Positions 1-12,834 of a stretch of DNA of 64,000 nt are shown here, in pieces. The notes below the pieces were generated by a model. The model was not told the origin of the DNA, did no database searches, and saw nothing but the letters and a program-made list of their open reading frames with translations. Location of the stretch: contig OX597822.1 in assembly GCA_951406725.2 (NCBI GenBank), positions 110,856,001 to 110,920,000 of the forward strand, in the 5' to 3' direction. The DNA comes from Octopus vulgaris (lineage: Eukaryota). The translations under genes were made by a program, and so were the position numbers. Numbering within the stretch: the stretch's first letter is position 1; each line of letters opens with the position of its first letter.

Positions 1-68
1 ATATATATATACATATACACATATATATATATACATATATATATATGTATATATATGTATATATATAC

Positions 69-102
69 GTTTAAAAGACTCCTGCAGATACTTTTGTTTA
101 TG

Positions 103-150
<48 letters not shown>

Positions 151-290
151 GTTTCTGACGAAGAGCTCCGCTCGAAACGTTTAATCCTTCTTCTTCCTTT
201 TCTTCCTAGGCGTCCAATAATACTATATTTGTTCCACGTCCTCGCGGTGTTGTGTTTTCGCTTTTTGTTTTCATGTTTGGATTAACTTTG

Positions 291-379
<89 letters not shown>

Positions 380-473
380 CGTTTCGAGCGGAGCTCTTCG
401 TCAGAAACATTATATATATATATATATACATATACATATACATAAACAAAAGTATATGCAGGAGTCTTTTAAA
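69..473. repeat. Inverted-repeat module of Penelope-pLTR-like sequence in (TA)n
   Basis: 69-180 (tttaaaagactcctgcagatacttttgttt...tctgacgaagagctccgctcgaaacgt) is the reverse complement of 378-473, apart from a different TA-run length. Confidence 0.8.
151..185 (+). ncRNA. Minimal hammerhead ribozyme-like motif (inverted copy at 378-410 on -)
   Basis: GUUU-CUGACGA-A-GAGC(UCC)GCUC-GAAA-CG-UU: canonical CUGANGA and GAAA boxes, stem II, palindromic stem III; 3' strand of stem I partly degenerate. Confidence 0.65.
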
Positions 474-485
474 TGTATTTATTAT

Positions 486-521
486 CTTAACCGGTTTCAC
501 TTACTGAAAGTTTTCAAAAGT
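486..521 (-). ncRNA. Minimal hammerhead-like motif, U3-A8 core variant
   Basis: Minus strand reads CUU-UUGAAAA-CUU(UCAGU)AAG-U-GAAA-CCGG-UU-AAG. Confidence 0.5.
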
Positions 522-755
522 ACAGTGTGGAGCTTTGTCTATTCTCTATGGTTAAGTTAGTAAATACTTTTAAAAGACTTCTGTGTTTTCAGATTATTTT
601 CCTTATATTTTTACTTGTGCGGTATATGGACTATACTAAATATCTCTGACCGAGAGCTAAACAGTAACAGTACGGAATCGTAAAATATATTTGCCAAAAC
701 AACAGTAACATCGACCTCTACGGGACCACCACATTTGGATGGCAAATGTGTTTTA

Positions 756-807
<52 letters not shown>

Positions 808-861
808 GTGTGTGTGAATGTGTGTGCGTGTGTGAGTGAGTATATAATTGTAAATCCCCCC

Positions 862-985
862 TCAAAAATAAACAAGAACAAACAACAACGCGAGGACGCG
901 GTACGTGCAGAGCATTAGCAGACGCTCGGGGAATGAAAGAAACGTAATTTTTACGTTTCGAGCAAACCTCTTCGTCAAAAGCAGG
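862..985 (-). mobile_element. Penelope-terminus-like module with degenerate hammerhead (948-981)
   Basis: Minus strand UUGACGA-A-GAG(GUUUG)CUC-GAAACGUA-AAA, followed by 'gtcctcgcgttgttg', which the modules at 150-290 and 3940-4075 share. Confidence 0.55.
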
Positions 986-1430
986 AGACCGAGAAATGTC
1001 CCAGAGAAACGGAAGACCAGGTTACGCCTAGAGTATAGACACGTAGTACATGCTCGCCGGAGTTTCGTATTCATTTGCTTGCTCGTCGGAGTTTCTTATT
1101 CAACTGAGGGATGGTGAAAAAAGTATAAAATTGTTAAAAGGACAGGTGACAATGTGTGATATTTAATTTTTCTTAACATAATTAGAGACGTGAAAGGATG
1201 ACGGGTCGAGTGTACATGATAGCAGACAATTCAATTGTGGACGAGACGAAGAAACTCCACAATCTAATGTCCGCTTATTAGATACAAATCATTGCTGTCA
1301 TTGCCAAACAGTTTTACAAAATTTACAAATTAGATTTTGGAAAATTGTTCAATTCATTCTAGACGTTAGGAAAGCCACCTTAGTGCTATACACCAGAACG
1401 ACTTTTCCATAAGTTGCAAAGTCTGGGTCA

Positions 1431-1752
1431 ATACATACATACATACATACATACATACATACATACATACATACATACACATATATACATACATACATAC
1501 ATACATACATACATACATACATACATACATACACACACATATATACATACACACACATACATACATACATACATATACACATACATACATACATACCCAC
1601 ATATACATACATACATACACACACATACATACATACATACACACATACATACACACACATACATACAGACATACATACATACATACATACACACGTACAT
1701 ACATAGATACATACATACACACACATACATACAAACATACATACATACAAAC

Positions 1753-1809
<57 letters not shown>

Positions 1810-2047
1810 TGCATACATACATATACACACACATACATACATACATACACACACATACATACATACATACATACATATATACACACATACATACATACAT
1901 ACATACACACATACATACATGCACACATACATACATACATACACACACACATACATACATACATACATACATATATACATACATACACACATACATACGT
2001 ACATACATACATACATACATACATACATACATACATACATACATGCA
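1431..2047. repeat. Compound (TACA)n/(CA)n microsatellite, about 620 bp
   Basis: Direct reading; source of the HTYI/MYVC low-complexity ORFs. Confidence 0.95.
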
Positions 2048-2681
2048 TATAATATATATGTATACATATATATATTATGTGTATATATGTGTATGTGTGT
2101 GCGTGTGCATACTCTCGTACGTGTGTACTTGTATGTACGTATGTGAGTGTTGCAAAAATCTATAACGTGGATAGGATGTAGCAAAACAAACATTGACTAT
2201 ATTAAGTTAATGCACATAATTTGGTGAAAAAGAAGGAGACAATTTTACTTTTAAAGAGTGAACTTTCTTCTGAAAGAAATTATAACTGAGAGAAATGAAT
2301 AGAGAATGAAAACACAAGTAGTGAACCGTCTCATTCCTATATCCACTGTTTTATTGAAACTGAAGCTGAGTGTTTGACTCGTGACTCGAATTTCACACTA
2401 CTATGACTTTGACGCTCAACCCAAGAGTTTAGGCAAATATTCATCTTGGGTGTCCATATAAGAACTCAATCCCCTACAACATGTATCGAGTACTTCTTTT
2501 TCATTCCTTCGACATAAAGCAACATACTTTCATACATACGTACGTACAGACATACATACATTCATACATACATACATACATACATGCATACATACATACA
2601 TTCATACATACATACATTCATACATACATACATACATACCTACATACTCACATACATACATACACACAATACATACACACA

Positions 2682-2714
<33 letters not shown>

Positions 2715-3540
2715 TTGAAAGGATGAGCCTATACGAGCAGAAGAATATGCATGGATATGTTAGGAGAAAGCTCTGTGATGATAGTAACATCGATCATCAA
2801 AAACAGTTTGAAGGGTATGCGTTTGGAATCCAAGAGCGGGAAATATGAACCAAGTACCTGACGCACAAAAGAGATAGAGATGCAAGAAAAGCCGTAAAAT
2901 ATGACAATCGATGCAGTCTTTGTGGAGTTCACACTGAAGATATCACCCCCGTCATAAGTAGTTGTCCGAAAATCCCATCGCGGTATTATCAACCGGTGAG
3001 ACATGACGTTGTAGCTAGAACACTCTATAATGTAGGATTATTCCGAGGACAAAAAAATAAGAACCCGCAATTTGGTAGAAGCCATAGCCACTCATAATAA
3101 AAAGGAATACTGGTGGAATGTACCAGTGAAGACCCCAATAAAATGTAGGCACAACAGACCTGATATAATGATTTGGGATAGAGAAGAGCAACTATGGAAA
3201 TTAGCTGCCCATCGGATGTTAACATAAACCTGAAGATCAGTGAAAAGAGAACACCCGTGCTGAACTATTGAGAAATCTGCAGTTACTCTATGCAGATTAC
3301 AAGTTGTAATTATTGGGGCCCTGGGATATGTAACACGCTGCCTAAATACCAATCATGAGAAATTAGCCTTATCAAAGCCAGAAAGGAGAAAGCTAATTCG
3401 AAGACTACAGATCCAATTCATTACTGGAACTGTAAAGTTCTGTAAAACTTTCCAGAAGCTTACCATTTAAATATATATGAGCTTCTCTAGATATGTAACT
3501 ATATGCATGAGAATACATATATAAAACATACACATCTGCT
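2715..3540 (+). mobile_element. 5'-truncated R4/Dong-like non-LTR retrotransposon (Zn knuckle + restriction-like endonuclease), pseudogenised
   Basis: Manual translation: FEGYAFGIQEREI..NRCSLCGVHTEDITPVISSC..RHDVVART..EYWWNVPVKTPIKCRHNRPDIMIWD..ISCPSDVN..IIGALGYV; stops and frameshifts; flanked by (CATA)n. Confidence 0.8.
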
Positions 3541-3622
3541 CACACATACATACATACATACATACATACATACATACATACATACATACATACATACATA
3601 CATACATACATACATACATACA

Positions 3623-3860
3623 TAAGGGCATCTATGGACCATTGATAAGGAGTTTGAAAATCCGCAGCCCAAAATACGCTTTCAGGTTCAAACCTATTAT
3701 TATTGGAGCAACAGGATATATACCAACCCCTCTGGAGCAACGTATGGGTGAACGTGTGATCCTAAGTGAAAGCGCAAATCCTTAAATCATATGCTACAAG
3801 TGATCAAGACATCTGGGACTATAAAAGCCTGCAAGACCTTAAAATTTAAAGGGTGATGGT
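3623..3860 (+). mobile_element. Second R4/Dong-like REL C-terminal fragment (different family)
   Basis: YGPLIRSLKI..YAFRFKPIIIGATGYIP..SGTIKACKTL parallels the C-terminus of the 2715-3470 element. Confidence 0.6.
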
Positions 3861-3884
3861 CCTTATATATATATATATATGTGT

Positions 3885-4076
3885 ACCGTTGGTGATTTTT
3901 TTTCTTGTCTTCCCTTCTCTGGATCTTTCCTTCTCCTATGTTTCCGACGAAGAGCTCCGCTCGAAACGTTAAACCCTCCTTCTTCCCCTTTTCCTGAGCG
4001 TCCAATAATAATATATTTGTTCCACGTCCTCGCGTTGTTGTGCTTTCTCTTTGTGTTTTCTTGTTTGGATTAACTT

Positions 4077-4078
<2 letters not shown>
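3885..4078 (+). mobile_element. Penelope-terminus-like module with hammerhead motif (3940-3974)
   Basis: GUUU-CCGACGA-A-GAGC(UCC)GCUC-GAAA-CG-UU-AAAC with intact stem I; downstream sequence similar to 185-290; flanked by TA/CA repeats. Confidence 0.7.
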
Positions 4079-4169
<91 letters not shown>

Positions 4170-4465
4170 GGCCAACCTCATCCGTGCTGCAATCGAACAC
4201 CCTTCGTGCCCTCCGTCGCCGCGATGACATGGCCATCAAGTCGGCAGACAATGGTGGAGCAGTGATTGTGTGGCGCGCGGATATATACAGAAAGAGGAAG
4301 CGCTCAGCGACCTTCAAAATACCGTCTTCTATCGCCTCCTCCCATCCGACCCCACCTCCTCCTATCAACAGCGCATGTCCTCCACCATCCATGACCACGT
4401 CTCCTCCTCTGCTCTCCCGCCACCGCCACCAACCTCATCGTTCGAACATACCTCTACCATCCATT
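4170..4465 (+). pseudogene. Penelope-like RT N-terminal fragment
   Basis: LRALRRRDDMAIKSADNGGAVIVWRADIY..EALSDLQNTVFYRLLPSDPT matches the PLE 'IK.ADKG.AVV' motif (compare IKEADKGSAVVL in the 50328 ORF); frameshifted. Confidence 0.75.
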
Positions 4466-4497
4466 TCCTTCTCAAAACGTACACATACACACAGGCA

Positions 4498-4542
<45 letters not shown>

Positions 4543-4549
4543 CGCTTAA

Positions 4550-4770
4550 CCCTTTCATTACCGTATTTATTTTGAAATGCTCTGTGTTTCTTTCAATTAT
4601 TTTAAATATAACAAAGAATTTAGTAAAATAACTTAGTTACCATTCAGCTAGTGTTTGTAGTATAAATTATGACTAAGGTTTGGTGGAAGATTTTAATTCA
4701 AAACTTAAGAAAACAAGACAATTGTACTACAGAGCCAGAGGCGGTTTTGGCCGGGTTGGTAATGAAAGGG
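4550..4770. mobile_element. piggyBac-type MITE (221 bp)
   Basis: TTAA|CCCTTTCATTACC...GGTAATGAAAGGG|TTAA: 13-bp perfect TIR with TTAA target duplication. Confidence 0.85.
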
Positions 4771-5040
4771 TTAATCATATGAATGGAGGCAATGCAAATG
4801 GAAACTAGAAGAACATAATTAATAACCACACTCAAAATCAAATCTATACATATATTATTCTACATTTATAAAACGGATATAAAAATTCCAAATACATAAA
4901 TATAAAAATACATATAAATAGATAAAATATCGATATGATTTAAAAGTTATAATACATTGGTGTTATAAAAATTTGAGATGATGAAACATTAAAAGGACGT
5001 ACTAAAATACCATGAAAATATTACAAAATTTTTTTAATTC

Positions 5041-5122
5041 CAACTACAGGCCGTTTCCGAGACGTGCCAAGTAATATGATATATTTCATATTTTAATAAC
5101 TGACACGCCCCTCATCAGGATG
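5041..5122 (-). ncRNA. Type I hammerhead ribozyme motif with extended stem II
   Basis: Minus strand CAUC-CUGAUGA-GGGGCGUGUCAG[AU-rich loop]UUGGCACGUCUC-G-GAAA-C(GGCCU)G-UA-GUUG; 12-bp stem II including G.U pairs. Confidence 0.7.
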
Positions 5123-5380
5123 TTTTCACACAATATAGAAAAAAAACAATTACACAAATACAATTATACAATTACATACCAGCCACTCGAAGAAATGTGT
5201 TATAAATGGGGAAGAATATATGTATATATTTGATTTTGAGCGTGGTTGAGGGTGTTCCTCTATTTTCCGCTTGCTCCTCTAGTTTCCTCCATTAAGATTA
5301 TTATGTGGGATATAGCTCAATTGGAGCCCTACAATTCCAGTCTGTATTTTATTTGCGAGTATTGTTAACATTAGCAATCT

Positions 5381-5427
<47 letters not shown>

Positions 5428-5428
<1 letters not shown>

Positions 5429-6617
5429 TAGGTCATCCCATACGTAGTGTTCGGACTTCTACATTTTCAATTTTGAAATGCTTTAACTGTGCTTTAGAAT
5501 GTTTAAACGCATCAAGTAATGTTTATATGTATTTTGACATATTTAAAGTAATTACATTTCATTTTGGAGGATAGTCTAATAGAAATTTTACTAACATGAA
5601 AACGTCTAAGGAGCATTTGAGGCACATAATGTCTTATGGGTTTAAAAGATGGAACTCTGTAGCTGAAGCAACGGTAAATATTCACTCAGCTTATGGAGAA
5701 GAGTGCTTGAATGAAAGAAATTGCAGAAAATAGTTTGTAAAATTCAGAAATGGAGATTTCAGCCTTGAAAATGAGGCCCGAATAGGACAACCAAATGAGT
5801 TTGAAGACAAGGTCCTTTTGGCAGAACTTGAAAAATATCATGCCGTTTCAGTTGAAGAATTGGCAAGCAACTGTTCACAGGCATCTTCAACAGCTTTGAA
5901 TGGTCCCAAAACCCGGGAAAATGGATCCACATGATTTGTCCTAAGTCAACCGCAAATCTCCTGTGGATATCTGCTCCTCTTTTAGTACTCGTGAACTCAT
6001 CTCGCACTTTTTGAAGAGCCTAGTTACTTGAGATGAAAATTATATCTGATATCAAAATGTTAAGCGTCGTAGGCATTGGCTTGGTGAAGTGGAAAAGGTC
6101 CAACTATAATCTTATATGGAAATTCCATGGGAAGAAGATTTTTCTCTCTGTTTGCTGGGATTGAAATGAGTCAAGCATTTGAACGTTGCTTTCAAGAAAA
6201 AAGGCCTGCCTTAGTGAATCGAAAAGGAGTGATGTTTCATCAGGACAATGCAAAAGCCTACTCTTTAAAGATCACGTCAAAAAAGATCGTGGAACTTGGC
6301 TGGAAGAAAATTCTTTATCCACCTTATTCACCAGACCTTGCCCCTTTGGATTACTATCTGTTCCGTAATTTACCGAATCATTTGGATGGATTAACTCTCG
6401 AAACAACTTAGGTAGTCGAAACAGAGCTTCTAGAGTTCTTCTTTTCGAAACCGAAAGAGTTTTTCACTAATGGGATTGAAAAGCTTACGAGTCGATAGAA
6501 AGATCTCATAGATAGCCATGGAGACTATATTGACGATGAAGTTTCATTAAAATATAAAATTTGATCACTTATTTTCCCTATTTAAAATCCGGACATTACT
6601 TGTGGGCTGACGTGATA
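5428..6617 (+). mobile_element. Decayed mariner transposon
   Basis: Degenerate TIRs (ttaggtcatcccatacgtagtgttcgga / tccggacattacttgtgggctgacgtga); transposase remnants MKTSKEHLRHIM..FRNGDFSLENEAR, FHQDNAKAY, YPPYSPDLAPLDYYLF; stops and frameshifts. Confidence 0.9.
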
Positions 6618-6649
6618 TACATACATACATACATACATATATATATATA

Positions 6650-6854
6650 TTACTTTTTTACTTGTTTCAGTCATTTGACTGCGGCCATGCTGGAGCACCG
6701 TCTTTAGTCGAGCAAATCGACCCCGGGACTTATTCTTTGTAAGCCTAGTACTTATCTTATCGATCTCTTTTTGCCGAACCGCTAGGTAACGGGGACGTAA
6801 ACACACCAGCATCGGTTGTCAAGCAATGCTAGGGGGACAAACACAGACACACAA

Positions 6855-6897
<43 letters not shown>

Positions 6898-7075
6898 CAT
6901 ACATACATATATACGACAGGCTTCTTTCAGTTTCCGTCTACCAAAGCCACTCACAAGGCATTGGTCGGTCCGGGGCTATAGCAGAAGACACTTGCCCAAG
7001 GTGCCACGCAGTGGGACTGAACCCGGAACCATGTGGTTGGTTAGCAAGCTACTTACCACACAGCCACTCCTGCGC

Positions 7076-7077
<2 letters not shown>
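6650..7077 (-). mobile_element. SINE family A (tRNA head, CORE-like segment, internal TA/CA microsatellite, conserved tail)
   Basis: A box tggctgtgtgg, B box ggttcagtccc, ccttgggcaagtg segment, tail ..ggtgctccagcatggccgcagtcaaatgactgaaacaagtaaaa; more than 10 near-identical copies in the window. Confidence 0.9.
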
Positions 7078-7109
<32 letters not shown>

Positions 7110-8672
7110 GTTTATATATATATATATATATACATATATACATATGTTTATATATACATACATATGTTTATATATATATACATATGTTTACGTTTATGTG
7201 GCGTTCTTTCTTTGCAGTCATTACGCCAATAATAACAATATCATACGCACAGGTTCAGTTCCACTAATTTATTGTTAGTCAATTGGTTAAATATCTAAAC
7301 AACTAACTAATCGATCGTTCTTTTTAATGTGGTAGTGAAACTATCAGTCGTTAAACAGTCTCTCGTTAGTTACACAATCAATCGTTTGTTTGTTAGTAAA
7401 TGCTCTTTCGTCGATGTTCTCGACATTTTCAATGACTTAGTGACTTCCCCTTTCGCGCCAGTGTCTGTTAGGACGGCTCTGCGTCAGTCGTCTGAGAATT
7501 GGTCTTATGTCTATATGTATGCACGTTTGTAGATGCGCCTGTAGATGAGCGTATGCTTAAGAGAAGAAGAAGAAATGTAAGAGTAAATAAAGAGACTATG
7601 TGTGTACGTTCGCATGTGCGCGCATATGTGTGCGCATGTGTGAGTCTGTGTGGTTGTGTTTGTACACTCGCATGACTACTTCTGTGTGTGTCTTCGTTTC
7701 TGTGGTAATTTCGTGGCCTCTTTAATGATATATAACACAAATAATTGGTCAAAATTAATGGAGAAAACCTGATCTGAAATGGTAAGAGAGCACGTGCAAA
7801 AATGCATAGAAATGAGGAATTTAAAATATTCCTCATTAAGAAGAAATCAATAGTTCTAAAAGTTAATATTTAAAAATAGAACGAGGAACGAATGCTGTGG
7901 TTGAGAAGAGAAGTATTTCCTGAAAAATAATGATGATAAAATCATTTGGTGAGAGGACAGAATAGAAAACATTATCATTAGATTGGAGGAAGAGAATTCG
8001 AAGGCAAAAAATTCAAGGTAAGCCTCGAAAGACTCATCAATTCAAACTTTTGGATTAGAGTTGTTTTGTCCAGAAACAAGATAGATACTTCTCACTTAAA
8101 CACGACGGACATTCTTCATTTGGTCTCATGCCAATTGATTCTCTCTATGGCCTTTCAAACTATTATATCGTTCCAAACTTTCATTTCTGTATAACGAGTG
8201 ATAATATAAATTTCGGAGTAAAGAACGTTTTGTGAAAAATGTTAACGTCAAAAACTTTTCTATTTTACTCTATCCTTAGTATTCTAGGGCTATTTTCGGC
8301 ACTATAAGCGTACATTCATACAGACCGACAGGCAGACAGAAAAAACACAAACAGACAGACACATTTGCATACATACATAAACACACGTGTGTCGTGTTAC
8401 GCTTAGCCGTGATGCACGTTATAAGACTTGAGCCATGTAGGAAAAATCCCACTCCAAACCTTAGTTATATTATTCGTATTAAAGGATTTAGGATTGGCGA
8501 GCTTGTACTAGGATTGTGTCGTTTACTGTATAATAATGATGTCGAACCAAGTAATCATATTTAGAATGCATTCAATACGTACATTTCAGATCATCATTAG
8601 GCTGTGATCTGATCCGTACGTATTAAGTGAATTCAAAATTTTGATTAGTCCAGATGGAGGTGTACACACACG

Positions 8673-8725
<53 letters not shown>

Positions 8726-8764
8726 ACACACACACACACAAGCACATGTGTATATATACATATT

Positions 8765-9103
8765 CTGAGACCCCCTTCGGTCACGACACAGACCATGGGA
8801 TTGCACCTAGAATGTTACCCTTCCAGGCTCAAGTCCGGGTAAGGTTGTTTATAGAAGACCAGCAGTCACACATGCATAACGGACTCCCCTCACCACGCCA
8901 CCAATGTTATTCAAGGGAAAGGCAAAGGGGTCGATACAGCTTGGCACCTGTGACGTCACAACTCATTTCTACAGCTGAGTGAACTGGAGCAACGTGAAAT
9001 GAAGAACAATCAAGAACACAGCACGCAGCCAGGTCCGGAATTCGAGCTCACAACCTCACGATCGTAAGCTCGACGCTCTAACCAATGAGCCATGCATCTT
9101 CAC
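8765..9103 (-). mobile_element. SINE family D (tRNA-derived)
   Basis: Minus strand tggctcattggttagagcg...gagctcgaattcc (A/B-box-like), then gttgctccagttcactcagctgta and a structured tail. Confidence 0.6.
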
Positions 9104-9189
9104 GTATACATATATATGTGTGTGTGTGTGTGTGTGTATGTGTGTGCCCATGCGTGCATGTATGTATATATGTATATGTATATATATAG

Positions 9190-9372
9190 TTGAAATTTAT
9201 AGAAATACAAAAGGTGAAGACAGGTGAATGAGCAACAAGCAAGTGTATTAGTTTCACGCTCGCGAAAATGAAAAGGTCTTTTATGTTTCGAGCCTACGCT
9301 CTTTAACAGAAAGGAATAAGAGAAAATAAACTGTGAGAGAATGAAAAGAAACTTGTAGATTTCAACAGTATA
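9190..9372 (-). mobile_element. Penelope-terminus-like module with hammerhead-like motif (9278-9313)
   Basis: Minus strand CUUU-CUGUUAA-A-GAGC(GUAG)GCUC-GAAACAUA-AAAG; related to 31036 and 53674. Confidence 0.55.
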
Positions 9373-10897
9373 CACATATTTATCTATACCTATATCTGTA
9401 TTTTTATATGCATATATATACTTTGCATATTGTTATTTTTTCTCTTGTACAATAAATAACATAAAATGAACATGAAGTAACTATATAATCTTTTAAAATT
9501 CCTCAAAAATTACGTATGGTTCAGTTTGCGTGACATTGAACAGTTTTCTCACAATTCGTATAAATCTCTTTTCAAATACTTAAAATATAATATTTATAAT
9601 ATAACGGAAATTGAATGGCTCTCTGCAAAGAGAAAGAAACCAAATATGGCTATAAAGTTGTGAAATGACATATTGGTTTCTTTTAGCTAAGCTGAAATAT
9701 TGAATATTTTCAGAGAATAAAGTACTATTCCGTTCATGCTTTAGTAGAGTGTTTTAAGTAAAGGCAAGCTCAGCTTTGGCCTCTTGGAATGATATAGTGG
9801 TGAGACCTCCAATTTTGAAGAATTTACTTCCTGATCTATGACTCTTGACACGCTGCTGATTAACATAGGAAACAGTACATTCTATGCAATTGCTCTTATC
9901 AACTTTACTCTTGCAACAAAACCGGTTTACTACATCAAAGAATGACGTAGCTGTAGTTTCAAAGTCATAGTAATCAATTTTTATACAGCCGTTACCACGT
10001 CTGATCTTCAAGGATACGTTCACAGCAATCCTATCCTCTATATAATGTGACAATTCTAATCAAGCTGCTACCAAAATCAATGAACACAGGAAATGTATTA
10101 TCAAAGCTTTCAGTTGTCCATTTGTAATATTTTCTTTTTTTTTTTGTTCTGCCTTTCGATCAAGAAAATTCGCCCTACAAAACACGCGATATCTTTGACG
10201 CAACGAAATATGAACACAATTATTGTCTAACAACATTTTAAGAGGATGTTTTCGAATCATAAATGTGTGATGTCATGATTCCTAACAGTTTGTAATCCTG
10301 TTGTTTCCTTTCACGCAATTCTAAGATAACTAGGGAATTCCCGTGAAACACTACAGATACATTCTTAAATATTTATGAAAGTAAAGAATAGAATCTGTAG
10401 CCGATAAATGCTTTTGTAGGATTTAATAGCGGTGAGAAGTCAGTTGAACCTTTCTTTGATAATATAAATTCAGTAACATAATACCATTTTTATAATAATA
10501 GTACAAACGCAGTTACTTGCGAAGATCTTTTTAAAATATTTGGTGGAAAGTAAATATGAGAATTTAAATTAGGACATGTCAGAAAGGTGGGTTGGTTGAA
10601 TGGTCTGAGCGCCGGACAAATGTCACTTCCTTACGACCAAATACTAGCAGGGTCAATTGACCCTGTTGTTGTAGAATAAGTGCCAGTACAATACTGGAGT
10701 AGATACCATCGGATGTTATCCTATTCAAAAAGGTTTTAATCTTATGTAAGTGTCTGAAATTATTGTTAATATTTTTCAGTCCATCCCTATACAAAAGAAT
10801 TGAAATCATAGCGAAGAGAACCCATGATTGAATTTTAATTGAAGGCCAATTCTTTTCTGTATCAATGATACCACCCGAGATGTCATTTCCGTCATAT

Positions 10898-11176
10898 AAG
10901 ATCCCATCAACTTTAAACGGAGTCTGGATAGATTCCTTCAAAGAATACCAGATAAGCCACCCATAATTGGATACAACTCACCCAACAAGAACTCCCTACT
11001 TGAACAAAACTTGACTTAAACAAAACTTGACTTAAACAAAACTTGACTTAAACAAAACTTGACTTAAACAAAACTTGACTTAAACAGGATTCGAATAATC
11101 CTATCAGGTGGTGCTATTAAGTTAGACGTGGCCTGGACCGATCTTTGGTCGAAACATATCTAAATTGATCTAAGTT
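10898..11176 (+). mobile_element. 3' end of CR1-group LINE with 16-bp x5 tandem repeat in the 3' UTR
   Basis: DPINFKRSLDRFLQRIPDKPPIIGYNSPNKNSLLE is homologous to the C-terminus of the 59901-61268 ORF; shared 3' motif caggtggtgctattaagttagac; (aacaaaacttgactta)x5 at 11003-11082. Confidence 0.85.
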
Positions 11177-11644
11177 AATGCGTTTTCACTAAAGTCTTTG
11201 CTTCAGTAAACGATTATATTTGTTCCCTGTGGTCGAACGTAGTAGAAAAATTATACCAATGTTTACTAAAACTGCAACTTGTTTTCTCTGGTTGGAAACT
11301 TGCAATTTTATTTTCGATACTTATACTCTTACAGAGGTCAATATGAATACAAAACCCTACATATACTCTAATAGTTCTAAGCATATGTTTTCCATATTTA
11401 GTTACCTTAATTTGGTTTCTTATCTGATGCATTTTCATTACAGTTATTCTTTTATTTGTTTCAGTCATTTGATAGCGGCCATGCTGGAGCATCAAGAAAT
11501 ATTTTCAATATATAGTTACGTTTTATACAGAAACTATATCATTACGGTAACATTACAGTTACGAGGAAATGAATTTGAATATTTGCCAATCTGTTTTGAG
11601 AGTATGGATTCCACAATACCATAATGGTTTGTTGCTAAACAGAT

Positions 11645-11709
11645 CTCGAGGAAATCAGCCTCGAGGAATTCAGCCTCGAGGAATTCAGCCTCGAGGAAAT
11701 CAGCCTCGA
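11645..11709. repeat. 15-bp tandem repeat x4.3
   Basis: ctcgaggaa(a/t)tcagc repeated. Confidence 0.9.
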
Positions 11710-12834
11710 AGAGCCATTGATTTATAAGTGATCTCCAAGACTGAATTTAAACTGCATTAGTCTCACCAATGTCTCTGCAAAAATTCTTAATTTATTGAAG
11801 AGCGTGAATAAACCCTAAGTACATGTACATACGTTTTCTCACAACAGAATTCATTCTACACAGTTTAATTCCTGACCTATCACGCAGAACTTAATGGACA
11901 AAGACGAATTTTTCTGTTGTGCATTTGTATCTCAACGTCACTTCTGGTAAGTCAGAAATATGGTTACTATTTTCCCAGAGATCTTGGAACCATCTTTCCA
12001 CGAAAATATAAGAATGTTTTTACGTTCCGCCGCCCAAGGACACATTTACTATACAGCACACATTAGGGAACTATATTCTTGCATCACATATCAATACAGG
12101 AGAAGTCGTTCACACATCATTATAGCCTTTGACACGTTCACATGCACCGATTAACTCCTGTAGCTAACTCACATACATTGTAGATGTTTATCCTCCGTTC
12201 TAGATTCTTATATGAATTATAAGTTCATTAAAGTACGTAATATTTGTAAACAATATTAAAAGAGCAGGATTTACGTTATCGTTGACATTAGCTTATGTAT
12301 GTAGGTTTTTACGCTTGTTTCGTGAGATTTATTTCATGTATTTTATACTTTGCAGAAGGGAGACAATTCAATAACAGTGTGGCAAGGCTCTTTTAAGTCA
12401 AGATAGCTCTTCGAGTTTGTGCTTATCTATTTCGGTTGATGTATTCATATATATATATGCATATTGTGTGTATGTGTGTTCGCGTGAATAAACTTGCACT
12501 CATAGGTGTGCTTGTGACGAAAATATTACAACTATGTATGTTTCTTTACCGTTTATGAGAGTGTATGTATATACATTCCGTATGTATAAATTTGTGTGGG
12601 CATATGTTTATACAGATACCACAAATAGAGATTTCCTGATGTTTTACAAATTTTTCCTGTTCCTCTGACTCCTTGTATCCGGAGAATAGGAATTATTTTG
12701 CTCTGTTCCATTTTGGAGCCGCCCCAATCTCCTTTCTTTCCTCATGCCTACATTTCAGTCGCCATGTGTTTCGGTGTGATGTCGGGAAAATGCATTCGAA
12801 TAACTAGGGCTTAATTTGTATATTATATTTAAAC

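Noticed and set aside
1349-2193. Long ORFs of 200-275 aa (MYVC/HTYI repeats) and the many similar YIYI/THTH ORFs elsewhere
   Set aside because: Translations of stop-free microsatellites; no coding signal.
9754-10053. 99-aa minus-strand ORF as a host exon or RT fragment
   Set aside because: Only vague resemblance to RT thumb-region sequence; no diagnostic motif or splice support.
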